From: Escherichia coli
GTDB taxonomy: Bacteria; Pseudomonadota; Gammaproteobacteria; Enterobacterales; Enterobacteriaceae
Assembly: GCF_044324875.1 (NCBI RefSeq)
Contig: NZ_CP172185.1
Reading direction: 5' to 3' (one strand)
DNA length: 64,000 nt
In this document: positions 26,713-39,947 of the stretch, one piece after another
Numbering within the stretch: position 1 is the first letter of the stretch
Layout of the letters: every line of letters begins with the position of its first letter
Position numbers and translations under genes: made by a program
Notes under the pieces: generated by a model
What the model was told of the DNA's origin: nothing
Databases searched by the model: none
Seen by the model: the letters and a program-made list of their open reading frames with translations, nothing else

Positions 26713-27738
26713 ATGGCAACAATAAAAGATGTAGCGAAACGAGCAAACGTTTCCACTACAACTGTGTCACACGTGATCAACAAAACACGTTTCGTCGCTG
26801 AAGAAACGCGCAACGCCGTGTGGGCAGCGATTAAAGAATTACACTACTCCCCTAGCGCGGTGGCGCGTAGTCTGAAGGTTAACCACACCAAGTCTATCGG
26901 TTTGCTGGCGACCAGCAGCGAAGCGGCCTATTTTGCCGAGATCATTGAAGCGGTTGAAAAAAATTGCTTCCAGAAAGGTTACACCCTGATTCTGGGCAAT
27001 GCGTGGAACAATCTTGAGAAACAGCGGGCTTATCTGTCGATGATGGCGCAAAAACGCGTCGATGGTCTGCTGGTGATGTGTTCTGAGTACCCAGAGCCGT
27101 TGCTGGCGATGCTGGAAGAGTATCGCCATATCCCAATGGTGGTGATGGACTGGGGTGAAGCAAAAGCTGACTTCACCGATGCGGTCATTGATAACGCGTT
27201 CGAAGGCGGCTACATGGCCGGGCGTTATCTGATTGAACGCGGTCACCGCGAAATCGGCGTCATCCCCGGCCCGCTGGAACGTAACACCGGCGCAGGCCGC
27301 CTTGCCGGTTTTATGAAGGCGATGGAAGAAGCGATGATCAAGGTGCCGGAAAGCTGGATTGTGCAGGGTGACTTTGAACCCGAATCTGGTTATCGCGCCA
27401 TGCAGCAAATCCTGTCGCAGCCGCATCGCCCTACTGCCGTCTTCTGTGGTGGCGATATCATGGCAATGGGCGCACTTTGTGCTGCTGATGAAATGGGCCT
27501 GCGCGTCCCGCAGGATGTTTCGCTGATTGGTTATGATAACGTGCGCAACGCCCGCTATTTTACGCCGGCGCTGACCACGATCCATCAGCCAAAAGATTCG
27601 CTGGGCGAAACGGCGTTCAATATGCTGTTGGATCGTATCGTCAATAAACGCGAAGAACCGCAATCCATTGAAGTGCATCCGCGGTTGATTGAACGCCGCT
27701 CCGTGGCTGACGGCCCGTTCCGCGACTATCGTCGTTAA
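26713..27738 (+). CDS. purR: Purine repressor (LacI family)
   Basis: 341 aa [24 protein letters not shown]... Confidence 0.97.
26741..26756 (+). promoter_or_regulatory. Second PUR box, inside purR coding start
   Basis: GAGCAAACGTTTCCAC, about 88 bp downstream of the first; purR is known to be autoregulated via two downstream operators. Confidence 0.6.
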
Positions 27739-28667
27739 TCACCCGTTGCGGGAGTCTCTTCCGGCTCCCGCAGCCACTCCTTATTCAGCGTCTCACTATC
27801 GCCGAGATACTCAAGCAACCAGGTTAACGCAGGCGACATATCATTTTGCTGCCATGTCAGACAGCATGCCGAATCCGGGAAGGGGTTTTCCAGTTCTAGT
27901 GCTACCCACTTACCCTCATTAAGCCACGGTTTGGCGAAATGTGTTGGCACCATCCCTATGCATAATCCTGCCGAGATACAGGTTGCCGATGATTCCCAGT
28001 CAGGCACGACAAGTCTTTTTTGGTTATCCAGCAACCAGGTAATACGTTTAGGTAGCGTTCGCGAGGTGTCTTCGCGCACCAACGACGGCCAGTTGCGCAA
28101 CGTATCATCGCTGAACGGGCCATCCATCAACGCCAGCGGGTGGTGACTGGCAACAACGCAACTCCAGCTTAGCATCCCCATATCCCGGAAGGCATAACGA
28201 CCGCCTACCGGAATCGCGCGTGTTGCGCCAATCGCCAGTTCCACGCGCCCGTCGGAAAGCGCATCCCAGACACCGTTGAACACTTCCTGAAAGACAAGAA
28301 GTTCGACATCATCAAAATGGCGATAAAAATCAACGATCATCTGCCGTGTACGTTCTGGCCTGACAATATTATCCACTGCGATAGCTAACTGACCGCGCCA
28401 GCCGTTCGCTATCTGCTGACATTGCTGCCGGGTGATCTGCATTTTTTTGACAACAGAGCGCCCTTCTTTGAGAAACCACGCCCCGGCAGCGGTCAGTTCC
28501 ACATCACGGTGACGTCGTTCAAACAGCGGCACCGCCAGCCACTCTTCCAGCTGACGCACGGTATAGCTGACCGCAGAAGGAACGCGATGCAACTCCTGTG
28601 CCGCAGCGCTAAAACTACCATTACGCGCTACCGCATCAACAACTTCGAGTGAATATTCTGACCACAT
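27735..28667 (-). CDS. punR: LysR-family transcriptional regulator
   Basis: 310 aa with N-terminal HTH; divergent from punC; K-12 synteny (ydhB). Confidence 0.9.
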
Positions 28668-28779
28668 AGTCTGCCTGCAAAATTTTTGAAACCAGTCATC
28701 AAATATTACCGTTTCACAACACTAATTTCACTCCCTACACTTTGCGGCGGTGTTTAATTGAGAGATTTAGAGAATATAC

Positions 28780-29991
28780 ATGCAACCTGGGAAAAGATTT
28801 TTAGTCTGGCTGGCGGGTTTGAGCGTACTCGGTTTTCTGGCAACCGATATGTATCTGCCTGCTTTCGCCGCCATACAGGCCGACCTGCAAACGCCTGCGT
28901 CTGCTGTCAGTGCCAGCCTTAGTCTGTTCCTTGCCGGTTTTGCCGCAGCCCAGCTTCTGTGGGGGCCGCTCTCCGACCGTTATGGTCGTAAACCGGTATT
29001 ATTAATCGGCCTGACAATTTTTGCGTTAGGTAGTCTGGGGATGCTGTGGGTAGAAAACGCCGCTACGCTGCTGGTATTGCGTTTTGTACAGGCTGTGGGT
29101 GTCTGCGCCGCGGCGGTTATCTGGCAAGCGTTAGTGACGGATTATTATCCTTCACAGAAAGTTAACCGTATTTTTGCGACCATCATGCCGCTGGTGGGTC
29201 TATCTCCGGCACTGGCTCCTCTGTTAGGAAGCTGGCTGCTGGTCCATTTTTCCTGGCAGGCGATTTTCGCCACCCTGTTTGCCATTACCGTGGTGCTGAT
29301 TCTGCCTATTTTCTGGCTCAAACCCACGACGAAGGCCCGTAACAATAGTCAGGATGGTCTGACCTTTACCGACCTGCTACGTTCTAAAACCTATCGCGGC
29401 AACGTGCTGATATATGCAGCCTGTTCAGCCAGTTTTTTTGCATGGCTGACCGGCTCACCGTTCATCCTTAGTGAAATGGGCTACAGCCCGGCAGTTATTG
29501 GTTTAAGTTATGTCCCGCAAACTATCGCGTTTCTGATTGGTGGTTATGGCTGTCGCGCCGCACTGCAGAAATGGCAAGGCAAGCAGTTATTACCGTGGTT
29601 GCTGGTACTGTTTGCTGTCAGCGTCATTGCGACCTGGGCTGCGGGCTTCATTAGCCATGTGTCGCTAGTCGAAATCCTGATCCCATTCTGTGTGATGGCG
29701 ATTGCCAACGGCGCAATCTACCCGATTGTTGTCGCCCAAGCGCTGCGTCCCTTCCCACATGCAACTGGTCGCGCCGCAGCGTTGCAGAACACTCTACAAC
29801 TGGGTCTGTGCTTCCTCGCAAGTCTGGTAGTTTCCTGGCTTATCAGTATCAGCACGCCATTGCTCACCACCACCAGCGTGATGTTATCAACAGTAGTGCT
29901 GGTCGCTCTGGGTTACATGATGCAACGTTGTGAAGAAGTAGACTGCCAGAATCATGGCAATGCCGAAGTCGCTCATAGCGAATCACACTGA
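28780..29991 (+). CDS. punC: MFS transporter (purine nucleoside exporter)
   Basis: 403 aa MFS; K-12 synteny (ydhC). Confidence 0.9.
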   Translation: MQPGKRFLVWLAGLSVLGFLATDMYLPAFAAIQADLQTPASAVSASLSLFLAGFAAAQLLWGPLSDRYGRKPVLLIGLTIFALGSLGMLWVENAATLLVLRFVQAVGVCAAAVIWQALVTDYYPSQKVNRIFATIMPLVGLSPALAPLLGSWLLVHFSWQAIFATLFAITVVLILPIFWLKPTTKARNNSQDGLTFTDLLRSKTYRGNVLIYAACSASFFAWLTGSPFILSEMGYSPAVIGLSYVPQTIAFLIGGYGCRAALQKWQGKQLLPWLLVLFAVSVIATWAAGFISHVSLVEILIPFCVMAIANGAIYPIVVAQALRPFPHATGRAAALQNTLQLGLCFLASLVVSWLISISTPLLTTTSVMLSTVVLVALGYMMQRCEEVDCQNHGNAEVAHSESH

Positions 29992-30281
29992 TCTATATCG
30001 ATATACTTATACTTAGGCTGCTAACAAAATTTTGTTGTATGATTGAAATTAGCGGCCTATACTAATTTCGAGTTGTTAAAGCTACGATAAATATTATGTT
30101 TTTACGGGGACAGGATCGTTCCCGACTCACTATGGATGGTCATTTCGGCAAGGGTTCCTCCTTTCCCTCTGTTCTACGTCGGATTATAGACTCGCGGTTT
30201 TTTCTGCGAGATTTCTCACAAAGCCCAAAAAGCGTCTACGCTGTTTTAAGGTTCTGATCACCGACCAGTGATGGAGAAACT

Positions 30282-31430
30282 ATGAGTTCATCGTGTATAG
30301 AAGAAGTCAGTGTACCGGATGACAACTGGTACCGTATCGCCAACGAATTACTTAGCCGTGCCGGTATAGCCATTAACGGTTCTGCCCCGGCGGATATTCG
30401 TGTGAAAAACCCCGATTTTTTTAAACGCGTTCTGCAGGAAGGATCGTTGGGGTTAGGCGAAAGTTATATGGATGGCTGGTGGGAATGTGACCGACTGGAT
30501 ATGTTTTTTAGCAAAGTCTTACGCGCAGGTCTCGAGAACCAACTCCCCCATCATTTCAAAGACACGCTGCGTATTGCCGGCGCTCGTCTCTTCAATCTGC
30601 AGAGTAAAAAACGTGCCTGGATAGTCGGCAAAGAGCATTACGATTTGGGTAATGACTTGTTCAGCCGCATGCTTGATCCCTTCATGCAATATTCCTGCGC
30701 TTACTGGAAAGATGCCGATAATCTGGAATCTGCCCAGCAGGCGAAGCTCAAAATGATTTGTGAAAAATTGCAGTTAAAACCAGGGATGCGCGTACTGGAT
30801 ATTGGCTGCGGCTGGGGCGGACTGGCGCACTACATGGCATCTAATTATGACGTAAGCGTGGTTGGCGTCACCATTTCTGCCGAACAGCAAAAAATGGCTC
30901 AGGAACGCTGTGAAGGCCTGGATGTCGCCATTTTGCTGCAAGATTATCGTGACCTGAACGACCAGTTTGATCGTATTGTTTCTGTGGGGATGTTCGAGCA
31001 CGTCGGACCGAAAAATTACGATACCTATTTTGCGGTGGTGGATCGTAATTTGAAACCGGAAGGCATATTCCTGCTCCATACTATCGGTTCGAAAAAAACC
31101 GATCTGAATGTTGATCCCTGGATTAATAAATATATTTTTCCGAACGGTTGCCTGCCCTCTGTACGCCAGATTGCTCAGTCCAGCGAACCCCACTTTGTGA
31201 TGGAAGACTGGCATAACTTCGGTGCTGATTACGATACTACGTTGATGGCGTGGTATGAACGATTCCTCGCCGCATGGCCAGAAATTGCGGATAACTACAG
31301 TGAACGCTTTAAACGAATGTTTACCTATTATCTGAATGCCTGTGCAGGTGCTTTCCGCGCCCGTGATATTCAGCTCTGGCAGGTGGTGTTCTCTCGCGGA
31401 GTCGAAAACGGCCTTCGAGTCGCTCGCTAG
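30282..31430 (+). CDS. cfa: Cyclopropane-fatty-acyl-phospholipid synthase
   Basis: 382 aa with SAM-binding motif VLDIGCGWG. Confidence 0.95.
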   Translation: MSSSCIEEVSVPDDNWYRIANELLSRAGIAINGSAPADIRVKNPDFFKRVLQEGSLGLGESYMDGWWECDRLDMFFSKVLRAGLENQLPHHFKDTLRIAGARLFNLQSKKRAWIVGKEHYDLGNDLFSRMLDPFMQYSCAYWKDADNLESAQQAKLKMICEKLQLKPGMRVLDIGCGWGGLAHYMASNYDVSVVGVTISAEQQKMAQERCEGLDVAILLQDYRDLNDQFDRIVSVGMFEHVGPKNYDTYFAVVDRNLKPEGIFLLHTIGSKKTDLNVDPWINKYIFPNGCLPSVRQIAQSSEPHFVMEDWHNFGADYDTTLMAWYERFLAAWPEIADNYSERFKRMFTYYLNACAGAFRARDIQLWQVVFSRGVENGLRVAR

Positions 31431-31440
31431 AGGCTATTCT

Positions 31441-31463
31441 ATCGCCCCCGCTCCGGGGGCGAT
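31441..31463. terminator. Hairpin between convergent cfa and ribC
   Basis: TCGCCCCCG-CTCC-GGGGGCGA. Confidence 0.5.
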
Positions 31464-31469
31464 TTCAGA

Positions 31470-32111
31470 TCAGGCTTCTGTACCTGGTTGATTCATGGCA
31501 TTTTCTCGTGCCGCCAGCACTCGTTCTACCGTATCTACCACTGCCTGAGTTTGTGGATCGATTTCAATGTTGACGCGTGCGCCAAGTTTTTTCTTCCCAA
31601 GAGTCGTGCGTTCCAGGGTTTCCGGAATTAAATGGACGCAAAAACGCGTTGGCGTGACTTCGCCGACGGTCAGGCTAATACCGTCGATGCCAATAAATCC
31701 TTTGTACAGAATATATTTCATCAACTGACTATCCTGGACTTTAAACCAGATCTGGCGATTATTTTCCGAGGTTAATATTTTCGCCACTTCAGCGGTGGTC
31801 ATAATATGACCTGACATTAAGTGTCCGCCAATTTCATCACTGAATTTCGCCGCACGCTCAACGTTTACCCAATCCCCCACTTTTAAATCGCCAAGATTGG
31901 TAATGCGTAACGTTTCTTTCATGAGGTCAAAACTGACATGGTTGCCGTTAATTTCCGTTACGGTCAGGCAGCAACCGTTATGCGCCACGGACGCACCGGT
32001 TTCCAGGCCGTCCAGCATATGGTCGGGTAACTCCACCACATGCGTACGAAAATTTGGTTTCTCGTCAATCGACACCAGTTTTGCGGTGCCCTGTACAATC
32101 CCCGTAAACAT
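31470..32111 (-). CDS. ribC: Riboflavin synthase
   Basis: 213 aa [16 protein letters not shown]... Confidence 0.95.
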   Translation of the reverse strand: MFTGIVQGTAKLVSIDEKPNFRTHVVELPDHMLDGLETGASVAHNGCCLTVTEINGNHVSFDLMKETLRITNLGDLKVGDWVNVERAAKFSDEIGGHLMSGHIMTTAEVAKILTSENNRQIWFKVQDSQLMKYILYKGFIGIDGISLTVGEVTPTRFCVHLIPETLERTTLGKKKLGARVNIEIDPQTQAVVDTVERVLAARENAMNQPGTEA

Positions 32112-32304
32112 ACTTACAACTCCTGAAATCAGTTAAGACATTCTGTTCAGCACAATAGCAGGTGGCAAACGCCCTTACCAGTGAAGGGGTAAGAATGGCT
32201 ATTTTTTCACTGGAGAATTAATAAATCCTCGCTACAATAGACTGAATTTCCCCTGCTTCTTCTTTTTGCTGCCCATTCAGGCGGCTTTTTAGTCTCTCAT
32301 ATAA

Positions 32305-33699
<1,395 letters not shown>

Positions 33700-33739
33700 T
33701 AAAGACAAGGCGCAACCTTCACGGGTTGCGCCTGTGTTT

Positions 33740-34996
33740 TTACGCAGGCTGGAGCGTTGCGCCAATCCCGTCTTCGTCTGGCTGTAGTTTCAGTGCGTTA
33801 CACAGAGTTTGCCGACTGGCATCTGTTATCTCAACGTGTATATCACCAGTAACTTCCCCTTTCACATTGATGAAGTCAGGTGAAATTTCTTTCGCACTGG
33901 TTTGCAGGCAAATCGCTCCCTCTCCGCGCAGGCGTTTCACTTTCAGTTGCACATGCGTTGCCGCACCAGTGATTAGCCACAGTTTTCCGCCATTGAGATT
34001 GATGTTACCAACACTGAAAGTGACACTGTCACCTTTTACCGTACTGCCGTCGAGAATCAATACACCGCCCTGCTGTACAGTAATCGTTGATTGTTGCAGA
34101 TCTGCGCCATAGCCAATAATCATTGAAGCGCCGTCCAGTAATGCAACACTACCGGTCAGTTCAACCGGTGCGCGATCTTCCTCTACGACAAAATTTTCGT
34201 CCGCGCTGGTGGGTGACAACAGGATGACTGTCCCACCTTGTATTACCGCATTTTCCAGCGTACCGGCATGCACTTCAGCCCGCCCCCCCACATTAACGGA
34301 CAGGTTTTGCGTCTTACCGGAACTGTAGAGCTGAAGACCATCCGTACCCAGACGATAGATGCCTCCATTCTCAACAATAGTGTCAGAGTCTTCACCACCG
34401 AGATTATTCATGGTGCCACCAGCAAGCAATGTATCACTGGCTTTCCCCGCCAGCATAAAAACGCCGCCCTGATTAATCTCACAATTGCTGGCTTCCCCAC
34501 CTGGATACACCAACAATTCACCACCTTCATCTACCACGACCGCTGAGGTTGTCCCATTGACCAACAGGCCACCCTCTTGATCGAGAATAATTTTTTCCGC
34601 GCGATGGCCTTCCAGTACACGCAGGTTACCGCCATTTTCCAGCAACAAACCGCAGGCATAACCTTTATCAACGCTGAATTCACCTTCGGGATGGCGGCCA
34701 TTAACCGTAGCGAGCGTAGAGAGACTAATTGCGCCTCCCTCGGACTGAACAATATCTGTGGCAATGGCACCGTCGCTGACCGATAGCGTGCCATTGTTGC
34801 CGTACTGTGTGCATTTGGCGATCCCACCGGTTGCCACTTTCAACCAGCCAGCCCCCGTGACCACGGTATTTTCGGCTCTTCCGCCAGCTTCAACAATTAA
34901 CTCACCTTCAGTAAGTTGCGTCGCGCCAATGACCTCGCCGGTCTTAACAATTTGCACGTTCCCGTCGCTCATCAAGTTTTTCGCATCAGATCCCAT
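33740..34996 (-). CDS. ydhQ: Adhesin-like repeat protein
   Basis: 418 aa Gly/Thr/Val-rich beta-helix-like repeats; K-12 synteny. Confidence 0.85.
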   Translation of the reverse strand: MGSDAKNLMSDGNVQIVKTGEVIGATQLTEGELIVEAGGRAENTVVTGAGWLKVATGGIAKCTQYGNNGTLSVSDGAIATDIVQSEGGAISLSTLATVNGRHPEGEFSVDKGYACGLLLENGGNLRVLEGHRAEKIILDQEGGLLVNGTTSAVVVDEGGELLVYPGGEASNCEINQGGVFMLAGKASDTLLAGGTMNNLGGEDSDTIVENGGIYRLGTDGLQLYSSGKTQNLSVNVGGRAEVHAGTLENAVIQGGTVILLSPTSADENFVVEEDRAPVELTGSVALLDGASMIIGYGADLQQSTITVQQGGVLILDGSTVKGDSVTFSVGNINLNGGKLWLITGAATHVQLKVKRLRGEGAICLQTSAKEISPDFINVKGEVTGDIHVEITDASRQTLCNALKLQPDEDGIGATLQPA

Positions 34997-35304
34997 GATT
35001 TATTCCTTTGCTGCATCTGTGTGCCTTTATTGCTACCTAAGTGTAAAGGCTACGGAGGATTTATCCACGACAGATTTTGAGATGGTGGCAAACAACTCTG
35101 TTTAAACTCTGATACACGGATTATTGGGTTGTATCTGATGTAAATGCGATCCTGAATAAAAATCGCCCTTGCAAATCAACAAAATATAGCCAATTTGCTT
35201 AAAAGCTCTGCAAACGGTCGAAATAGCGCAGAAAATTACGTTTTGCCTCTTGCCACCTTCCCACTCTGCCGCTAATATTCGTCCCCGTTGTCACCTACAA
35301 CGTT

Positions 35305-35381
35305 GCGTTCATAGCTCAGTTGGTTAGAGCACCACCTTGACATGGTGGGGGTCGTTGGTTCGAGTCCAATTGAACGCACCA
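35305..35381 (+). tRNA. valV: tRNA-Val (GAC)
   Basis: GCGTTCATAGCTCAGTTGGTTAGAGCACCACCTTGACATGGTGG...CCA, 77 nt. Confidence 0.95.
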
Positions 35382-35385
35382 TCCT

Positions 35386-35462
35386 GCGTCCGTAGCTCAG
35401 TTGGTTAGAGCACCACCTTGACATGGTGGGGGTCGGTGGTTCGAGTCCACTCGGACGCACCA
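35386..35462 (+). tRNA. valW: tRNA-Val (GAC)
   Basis: Second copy 4 nt downstream, GCGTCCGTAGCTCAG...CGCACCA. Confidence 0.95.
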
Positions 35463-35496
35463 GATTTTCTTAATCTGGTCTTCTCCTTTTTTCCCT
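35460..35496 (+). terminator. valVW terminator
   Basis: CCAGATT-TTCTT-AATCTGG followed by TCTTCTCCTTTTTT. Confidence 0.6.
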
Positions 35497-35570
35497 CTGT
35501 TTCTTCTCTGTATCCAATACGTTAAAAGATTTACACTGTCTTCGTATGCGTTATCAGAAGGAGAATCGCT

Positions 35571-35876
35571 ATGGCAACTTTGTTACAACTTCATTTTTCT
35601 TTCAATGGCCCATTTGGCGACGCAATGGCTGAGCAGCTTAAACCGCTTGCTGAGTCGATTAATCAGGAACCTGGTTTTCTGTGGAAGGTATGGACAGAAA
35701 GTGAAAAGAACCACGAAGCCGGTGGGATCTACCTTTTTACTGATGAAAAAAGCGCCCTTGCCTATCTGGAAAAACATACTGCCCGACTGAAAAATCTCGG
35801 CGTTGAGGAAGTTGTCGCCAAAGTTTTCGATGTCAATGAGCCACTTAGTCAAATCAGTCAGGCAAAACTCGCCTGA
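35571..35876 (+). CDS. ydhR: Putative monooxygenase YdhR
   Basis: 101 aa; K-12 synteny. Confidence 0.85.
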   Translation: MATLLQLHFSFNGPFGDAMAEQLKPLAESINQEPGFLWKVWTESEKNHEAGGIYLFTDEKSALAYLEKHTARLKNLGVEEVVAKVFDVNEPLSQISQAKLA

Positions 35877-36001
35877 CAGAATTTAATCAAGGGCGGTTAG
35901 CGCCCTTTTCATCCCTGTCTGAAATTTCTCAAATTCTAAAAATCTCAACCAAACTTATCTGATAACACTAAATTCGAAAGAATGCGTACAGGTAAGTAAC
36001 A

Positions 36002-37612
36002 ATGAAAAAAATTGCTATTGTGGGTGCCGGGCCTACGGGGATCTACACCTTATTCTCGCTTCTAAAGCAACAAACTCCACTTTCTATTTCTATCTTCGAG
36101 CAGGCTGATGAAGCCGGTGTCGGGATGCCATACAGTGATGAGGAAAACTCAAAACTGATGCTGGCAAATATTGCCAGTATTGAAATACCGCCGATTTATT
36201 GTACGTATCTCGAATGGCTACAAAAGCAAGAAGCCAGCCATCTCCAGCGTTATGGCGTCAAAAAAGAAACCTTGCACGATCGTCAGTTTTTACCGCGAAT
36301 TCTGCTGGGCGAATATTTCCGCGATCAATTTTTACGATTAGTAGACCAGGCACGACAGCAAAAATTTGCGGTGGCTGTTTATGAATCATGCCAGGTTACC
36401 GATCTGCAAATTACAAATGCTGGCGTCATGCTCGCTACAAATCAGGATTTACCCAGCGAGACGTTTGATTTAGCAGTGATCGCCACGGGTCACGTCTGGC
36501 CTGATGAAGAAAAAGTAACCAGAACGTACTTTCCCAGCCCGTGGTCAGGCCTGATGGAAGCAAAGGTCGATGCGTGTAACGTGGGTATTATGGGAACATC
36601 CTTGAGCGGACTGGATGCGGCAATGGCAGTGGCTATTCAGCATGGTTCGTTCATTGAAGATGATAAACAACACGTCATTTTTCACCGCGATAACGCAAGT
36701 GAAAAGCTAAATATTACGTTAATGTCGCGCACAGGTATTTTACCCGAAGCCGATTTCTATTGCCCTATTCCCTACGAGCCCTTACACATCGTCACTGATC
36801 AGGCATTAAATGCTGAGATTCAAAAAGGCGAATATGGCCTTTTGGATCGGGTATTTAGATTGATAGTAGAGGAAATCAAGTTTGCTGATCCAGGCTGGAG
36901 CCAACGCATAGCCTTAGAGAGCCTGAATGTCGATTCCTTTGCTCAAGCCTGGTTTGCCGAGCGCAAACAACGCGCCCCATTCGACTGGGCAGAAAAAAAT
37001 CTCCAGGAAGTCGAACGCAATAAACGAGAAAAACATACTGTTCCCTGGCGTTATGTCATTCTGCGCCTGCATGAAGCAGTACAGGAAATTGTTCCACATC
37101 TGAATGAACACGACCATAAACGGTTCAGTAAAGGCCTTGCCCGGGTTTTCATCGATAATTATGCGGCAATCCCTTCAGAGTCTATTCGTCGACTACTGGC
37201 CTTACGTGAAGCGGGAATCATTCATATTCTCGCCCTCGGTGAAGACTACGAAATGGAAATTAATGAGTCGCGCACCGTCCTGAAAACGGAAGACAATAGC
37301 TACTCGTTTGACGTTTTTATTGATGCCCGCGGGCAGCGTCCGCTTAAAGTGAAAGATATTCCTTTCCCTGGACTACGCGAACAATTACAGAAAACAGGGG
37401 ATGAAATCCCTGATGTTGGCGAAGATTATACGCTACAGCAACCCGAAGAAATTCGTGGGCGCGTAGCGTTCGGCGCGTTGCCCTGGTTGATGCACGACCA
37501 GCCATTCGTACAGGGACTTACGGCATGTGCAGAAATTGGTGAGGCGATGGCTCAGGCGGTCGTAAAGCCTGCATACCGTGCTCGTCGGCGTCTTTCGTTT
37601 AATCAAATGTAA
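36002..37612 (+). CDS. ydhS: FAD/NAD(P)-binding domain protein
   Basis: 536 aa, N-terminal IAIVGAGPTG dinucleotide-binding motif. Confidence 0.85.
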   Translation: MKKIAIVGAGPTGIYTLFSLLKQQTPLSISIFEQADEAGVGMPYSDEENSKLMLANIASIEIPPIYCTYLEWLQKQEASHLQRYGVKKETLHDRQFLPRILLGEYFRDQFLRLVDQARQQKFAVAVYESCQVTDLQITNAGVMLATNQDLPSETFDLAVIATGHVWPDEEKVTRTYFPSPWSGLMEAKVDACNVGIMGTSLSGLDAAMAVAIQHGSFIEDDKQHVIFHRDNASEKLNITLMSRTGILPEADFYCPIPYEPLHIVTDQALNAEIQKGEYGLLDRVFRLIVEEIKFADPGWSQRIALESLNVDSFAQAWFAERKQRAPFDWAEKNLQEVERNKREKHTVPWRYVILRLHEAVQEIVPHLNEHDHKRFSKGLARVFIDNYAAIPSESIRRLLALREAGIIHILALGEDYEMEINESRTVLKTEDNSYSFDVFIDARGQRPLKVKDIPFPGLREQLQKTGDEIPDVGEDYTLQQPEEIRGRVAFGALPWLMHDQPFVQGLTACAEIGEAMAQAVVKPAYRARRRLSFNQM

Positions 37613-37617
37613 AGCTA

Positions 37618-38430
37618 TCAGCACTCAACAAACTGATGCTGTTCATTAAGGTGATAGCGGACTCCGGCTCGAATATTGTTTTCACCTTCAATGGCGACGG
37701 CGAAGCGAACTCTTTCGCCGTCATGATATGCCAGTGCGGCGCTTCCTCCTGGCCCGAGAATAATTGAGTCGACCACGCCCGTGCTCACTACCGTTGAATT
37801 TTCACCGCTGGCAATGATGTGTACATTGTCGCCGCTGTTGGCAATTCTGGCGTTTGCGCCAAAGCTGGCGATTTGCACCAGGTCACCATTACTGGCGACA
37901 TGACATCGTTCACCCAATGTACAAACGCGTACTCGCATTCCGGTATTCGCAATCCGACTACTATCTCCAGCGCTGCTTATCCGCGAAGAATTACCGGTTA
38001 CAGCAACCCGTGCGCGTTCACCGGAGCTGCCAATGTGACTGTTAAAGCCGACACTTCCAATCCGCACGCTATAACCCATACTGGCAATTTGCGCGGCATA
38101 CCCAGCAGTTGCGATTCTGGCATTATCCTCACAACAGCCGATGCGAGCATGATCGTCGCTGCGGGCAAACTGACTGCAAAATGGTCTCTCTCCGGGATCT
38201 GTGGCCAGTTTTTGCATAGAAGAAACTTCCTGATGCGCGAAGTTTTCATCCGCCAGCCATTTTTTCCACGCATACTCAACCAGACTCTCCGCCCAGTCCG
38301 TATATCCTTCCTCAATCAGTGCATGATGAATATCGGCATAACTACCGCCGCGTGGGAAATGGCGCAGGAACCAGCGATACATCACCGCTCCGATACGCCA
38401 TTCTCGCAGGTCTGCTCGTGTAATGATCAT
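37618..38430 (-). CDS. ydhT: YdhT, ydhYVWXUT operon protein
   Basis: 270 aa; last gene of the minus-strand operon. Confidence 0.8.
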   Translation of the reverse strand: MIITRADLREWRIGAVMYRWFLRHFPRGGSYADIHHALIEEGYTDWAESLVEYAWKKWLADENFAHQEVSSMQKLATDPGERPFCSQFARSDDHARIGCCEDNARIATAGYAAQIASMGYSVRIGSVGFNSHIGSSGERARVAVTGNSSRISSAGDSSRIANTGMRVRVCTLGERCHVASNGDLVQIASFGANARIANSGDNVHIIASGENSTVVSTGVVDSIILGPGGSAALAYHDGERVRFAVAIEGENNIRAGVRYHLNEQHQFVEC

Positions 38431-38433
38431 TCG

Positions 38434-39219
38434 TTAGTGCCGGTGATAGCCATCGACCATGCTTTTAAAGGTTTCGTGTGGCGTACGCCCCGTGGTGCAA
38501 AGATAAAGATGACCGAAGATAAAAAAGAGGCTTATAAATGCCAGAGCAAAATGCGCCTGCAATAACCAGTATCTTACACCAGGAAACACATCTCCCACGG
38601 CTTGCGGATAGAGACACAGCAGCCCCGTCAATAGTAACAACGGCAGCAATCCATACATGACACCAATATAGGCAACCTGCTGTAAGGGATTAAATTTAGA
38701 CTGGGTTGTTGCCGGGAAAGGATGTTCTTCCCCCTGCATAATGCCAAACAAATAAAATCGCGTTTGTTTTGCCGCTCGCTCCAGCCACCCCTGACGACGA
38801 ATGCGATAGTGGTGACCATTACCCCCAACGGCATTGATCAGAACAAAGCCGAGCCAACATGCCAGTAACAAAAATCCGCAAACTTCATGCACCGCAACCA
38901 GACTTTTAACCGCAGTTGCGCCCACCAGCGCAAAGTGATTTATCAGCCCACTTGCCAGCAACAATACAAAGAGTAACGCATTCGACCAGTGCCATAATCT
39001 GACCGCTTTGCTGTAAAGATAAACCTTCTCACCATGGTCGGTGGCTGATTTCTTCACGCCACGAGCACGAAGCAAGGCATGCAGCCCCAGCACAAACCAC
39101 ATCCCTACCAGCAATAGTCCGGCAATGATCAACCACACCGGCCAAAATTGGGGAGTGAACTGTGGCACATAGTTCGCCAACTGGCTCTGAAACTGTTCAG
39201 CATGTTGCGACGGGTTCAT
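38434..39219 (-). CDS. ydhU: Membrane cytochrome b-type subunit (PhsC-like)
   Basis: 261 aa, multiple TM segments. Confidence 0.85.
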   Translation of the reverse strand: MNPSQHAEQFQSQLANYVPQFTPQFWPVWLIIAGLLLVGMWFVLGLHALLRARGVKKSATDHGEKVYLYSKAVRLWHWSNALLFVLLLASGLINHFALVGATAVKSLVAVHEVCGFLLLACWLGFVLINAVGGNGHHYRIRRQGWLERAAKQTRFYLFGIMQGEEHPFPATTQSKFNPLQQVAYIGVMYGLLPLLLLTGLLCLYPQAVGDVFPGVRYWLLQAHFALAFISLFFIFGHLYLCTTGRTPHETFKSMVDGYHRH

Positions 39220-39884
39220 ACATTTTCCTTTTTAATCAAATGTTGACCGAACCGGCGATACAGGTGCGGTTTCCCAGCACCAGGTAGCTGATATTGATAG
39301 TATTTATTTTCCTGCAACCACGCCTGAATTTCTGGGCTATCTTCGCGACCAAAGATCAATGCGTGTTCCGGACAGGCGCTGACGCAAATGGGCGGAAAGC
39401 CTTTTGCCAGTCGGGACTCAGCGCAGAAATCACATTTATCTGCCACTTTAGTGACAGGGTTAAGGTAGCGAACCTGGTAAGGACAAGCGCCAATGCAATA
39501 ACTGCAGCCGATGCACTGCGATTTTTCTACCCGCACGATCCCCTGCTCATCACGCCACGACGCCCCTGTCGGGCATACGTCGATGCAAGGAGCATCTTCA
39601 CAGTGCTGGCATGACTGGCGAAAATAGTGATACTGCGTTTCGTTGTCGTTATCGGTGACTGGAATGTGTGCTATCGATAAACGGCTTCCCTGAGCGGGGA
39701 CGTGGTTAGTTTTACGGCATGCGCGGGCGCAAATATTACAGCCATTGCACCGTGACTCGTCATGAATCATGGCATACCGAACTTTCTTTTCTTGCCTCGT
39801 GTTCGCTAACAGAGAAGACGCAGAACCAGTAAAAAAGATTACTGTTCCCATCCCCAGAACAAATTTGCGTCGAGTGAAGGACAT
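39216..39884 (-). CDS. ydhX: 4Fe-4S ferredoxin-type protein with Tat signal
   Basis: Start moved to MSFTRRKFVLG (RR motif); multiple Cys clusters. Confidence 0.8.
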   Translation of the reverse strand: MSFTRRKFVLGMGTVIFFTGSASSLLANTRQEKKVRYAMIHDESRCNGCNICARACRKTNHVPAQGSRLSIAHIPVTDNDNETQYHYFRQSCQHCEDAPCIDVCPTGASWRDEQGIVRVEKSQCIGCSYCIGACPYQVRYLNPVTKVADKCDFCAESRLAKGFPPICVSACPEHALIFGREDSPEIQAWLQENKYYQYQLPGAGKPHLYRRFGQHLIKKENV

Positions 39885-39947
39885 CTGATTATCCCCTAAT
39901 GCAGTGGCTGCAACTGTCCACCCTATCCATGACATCTCCCTGAAATT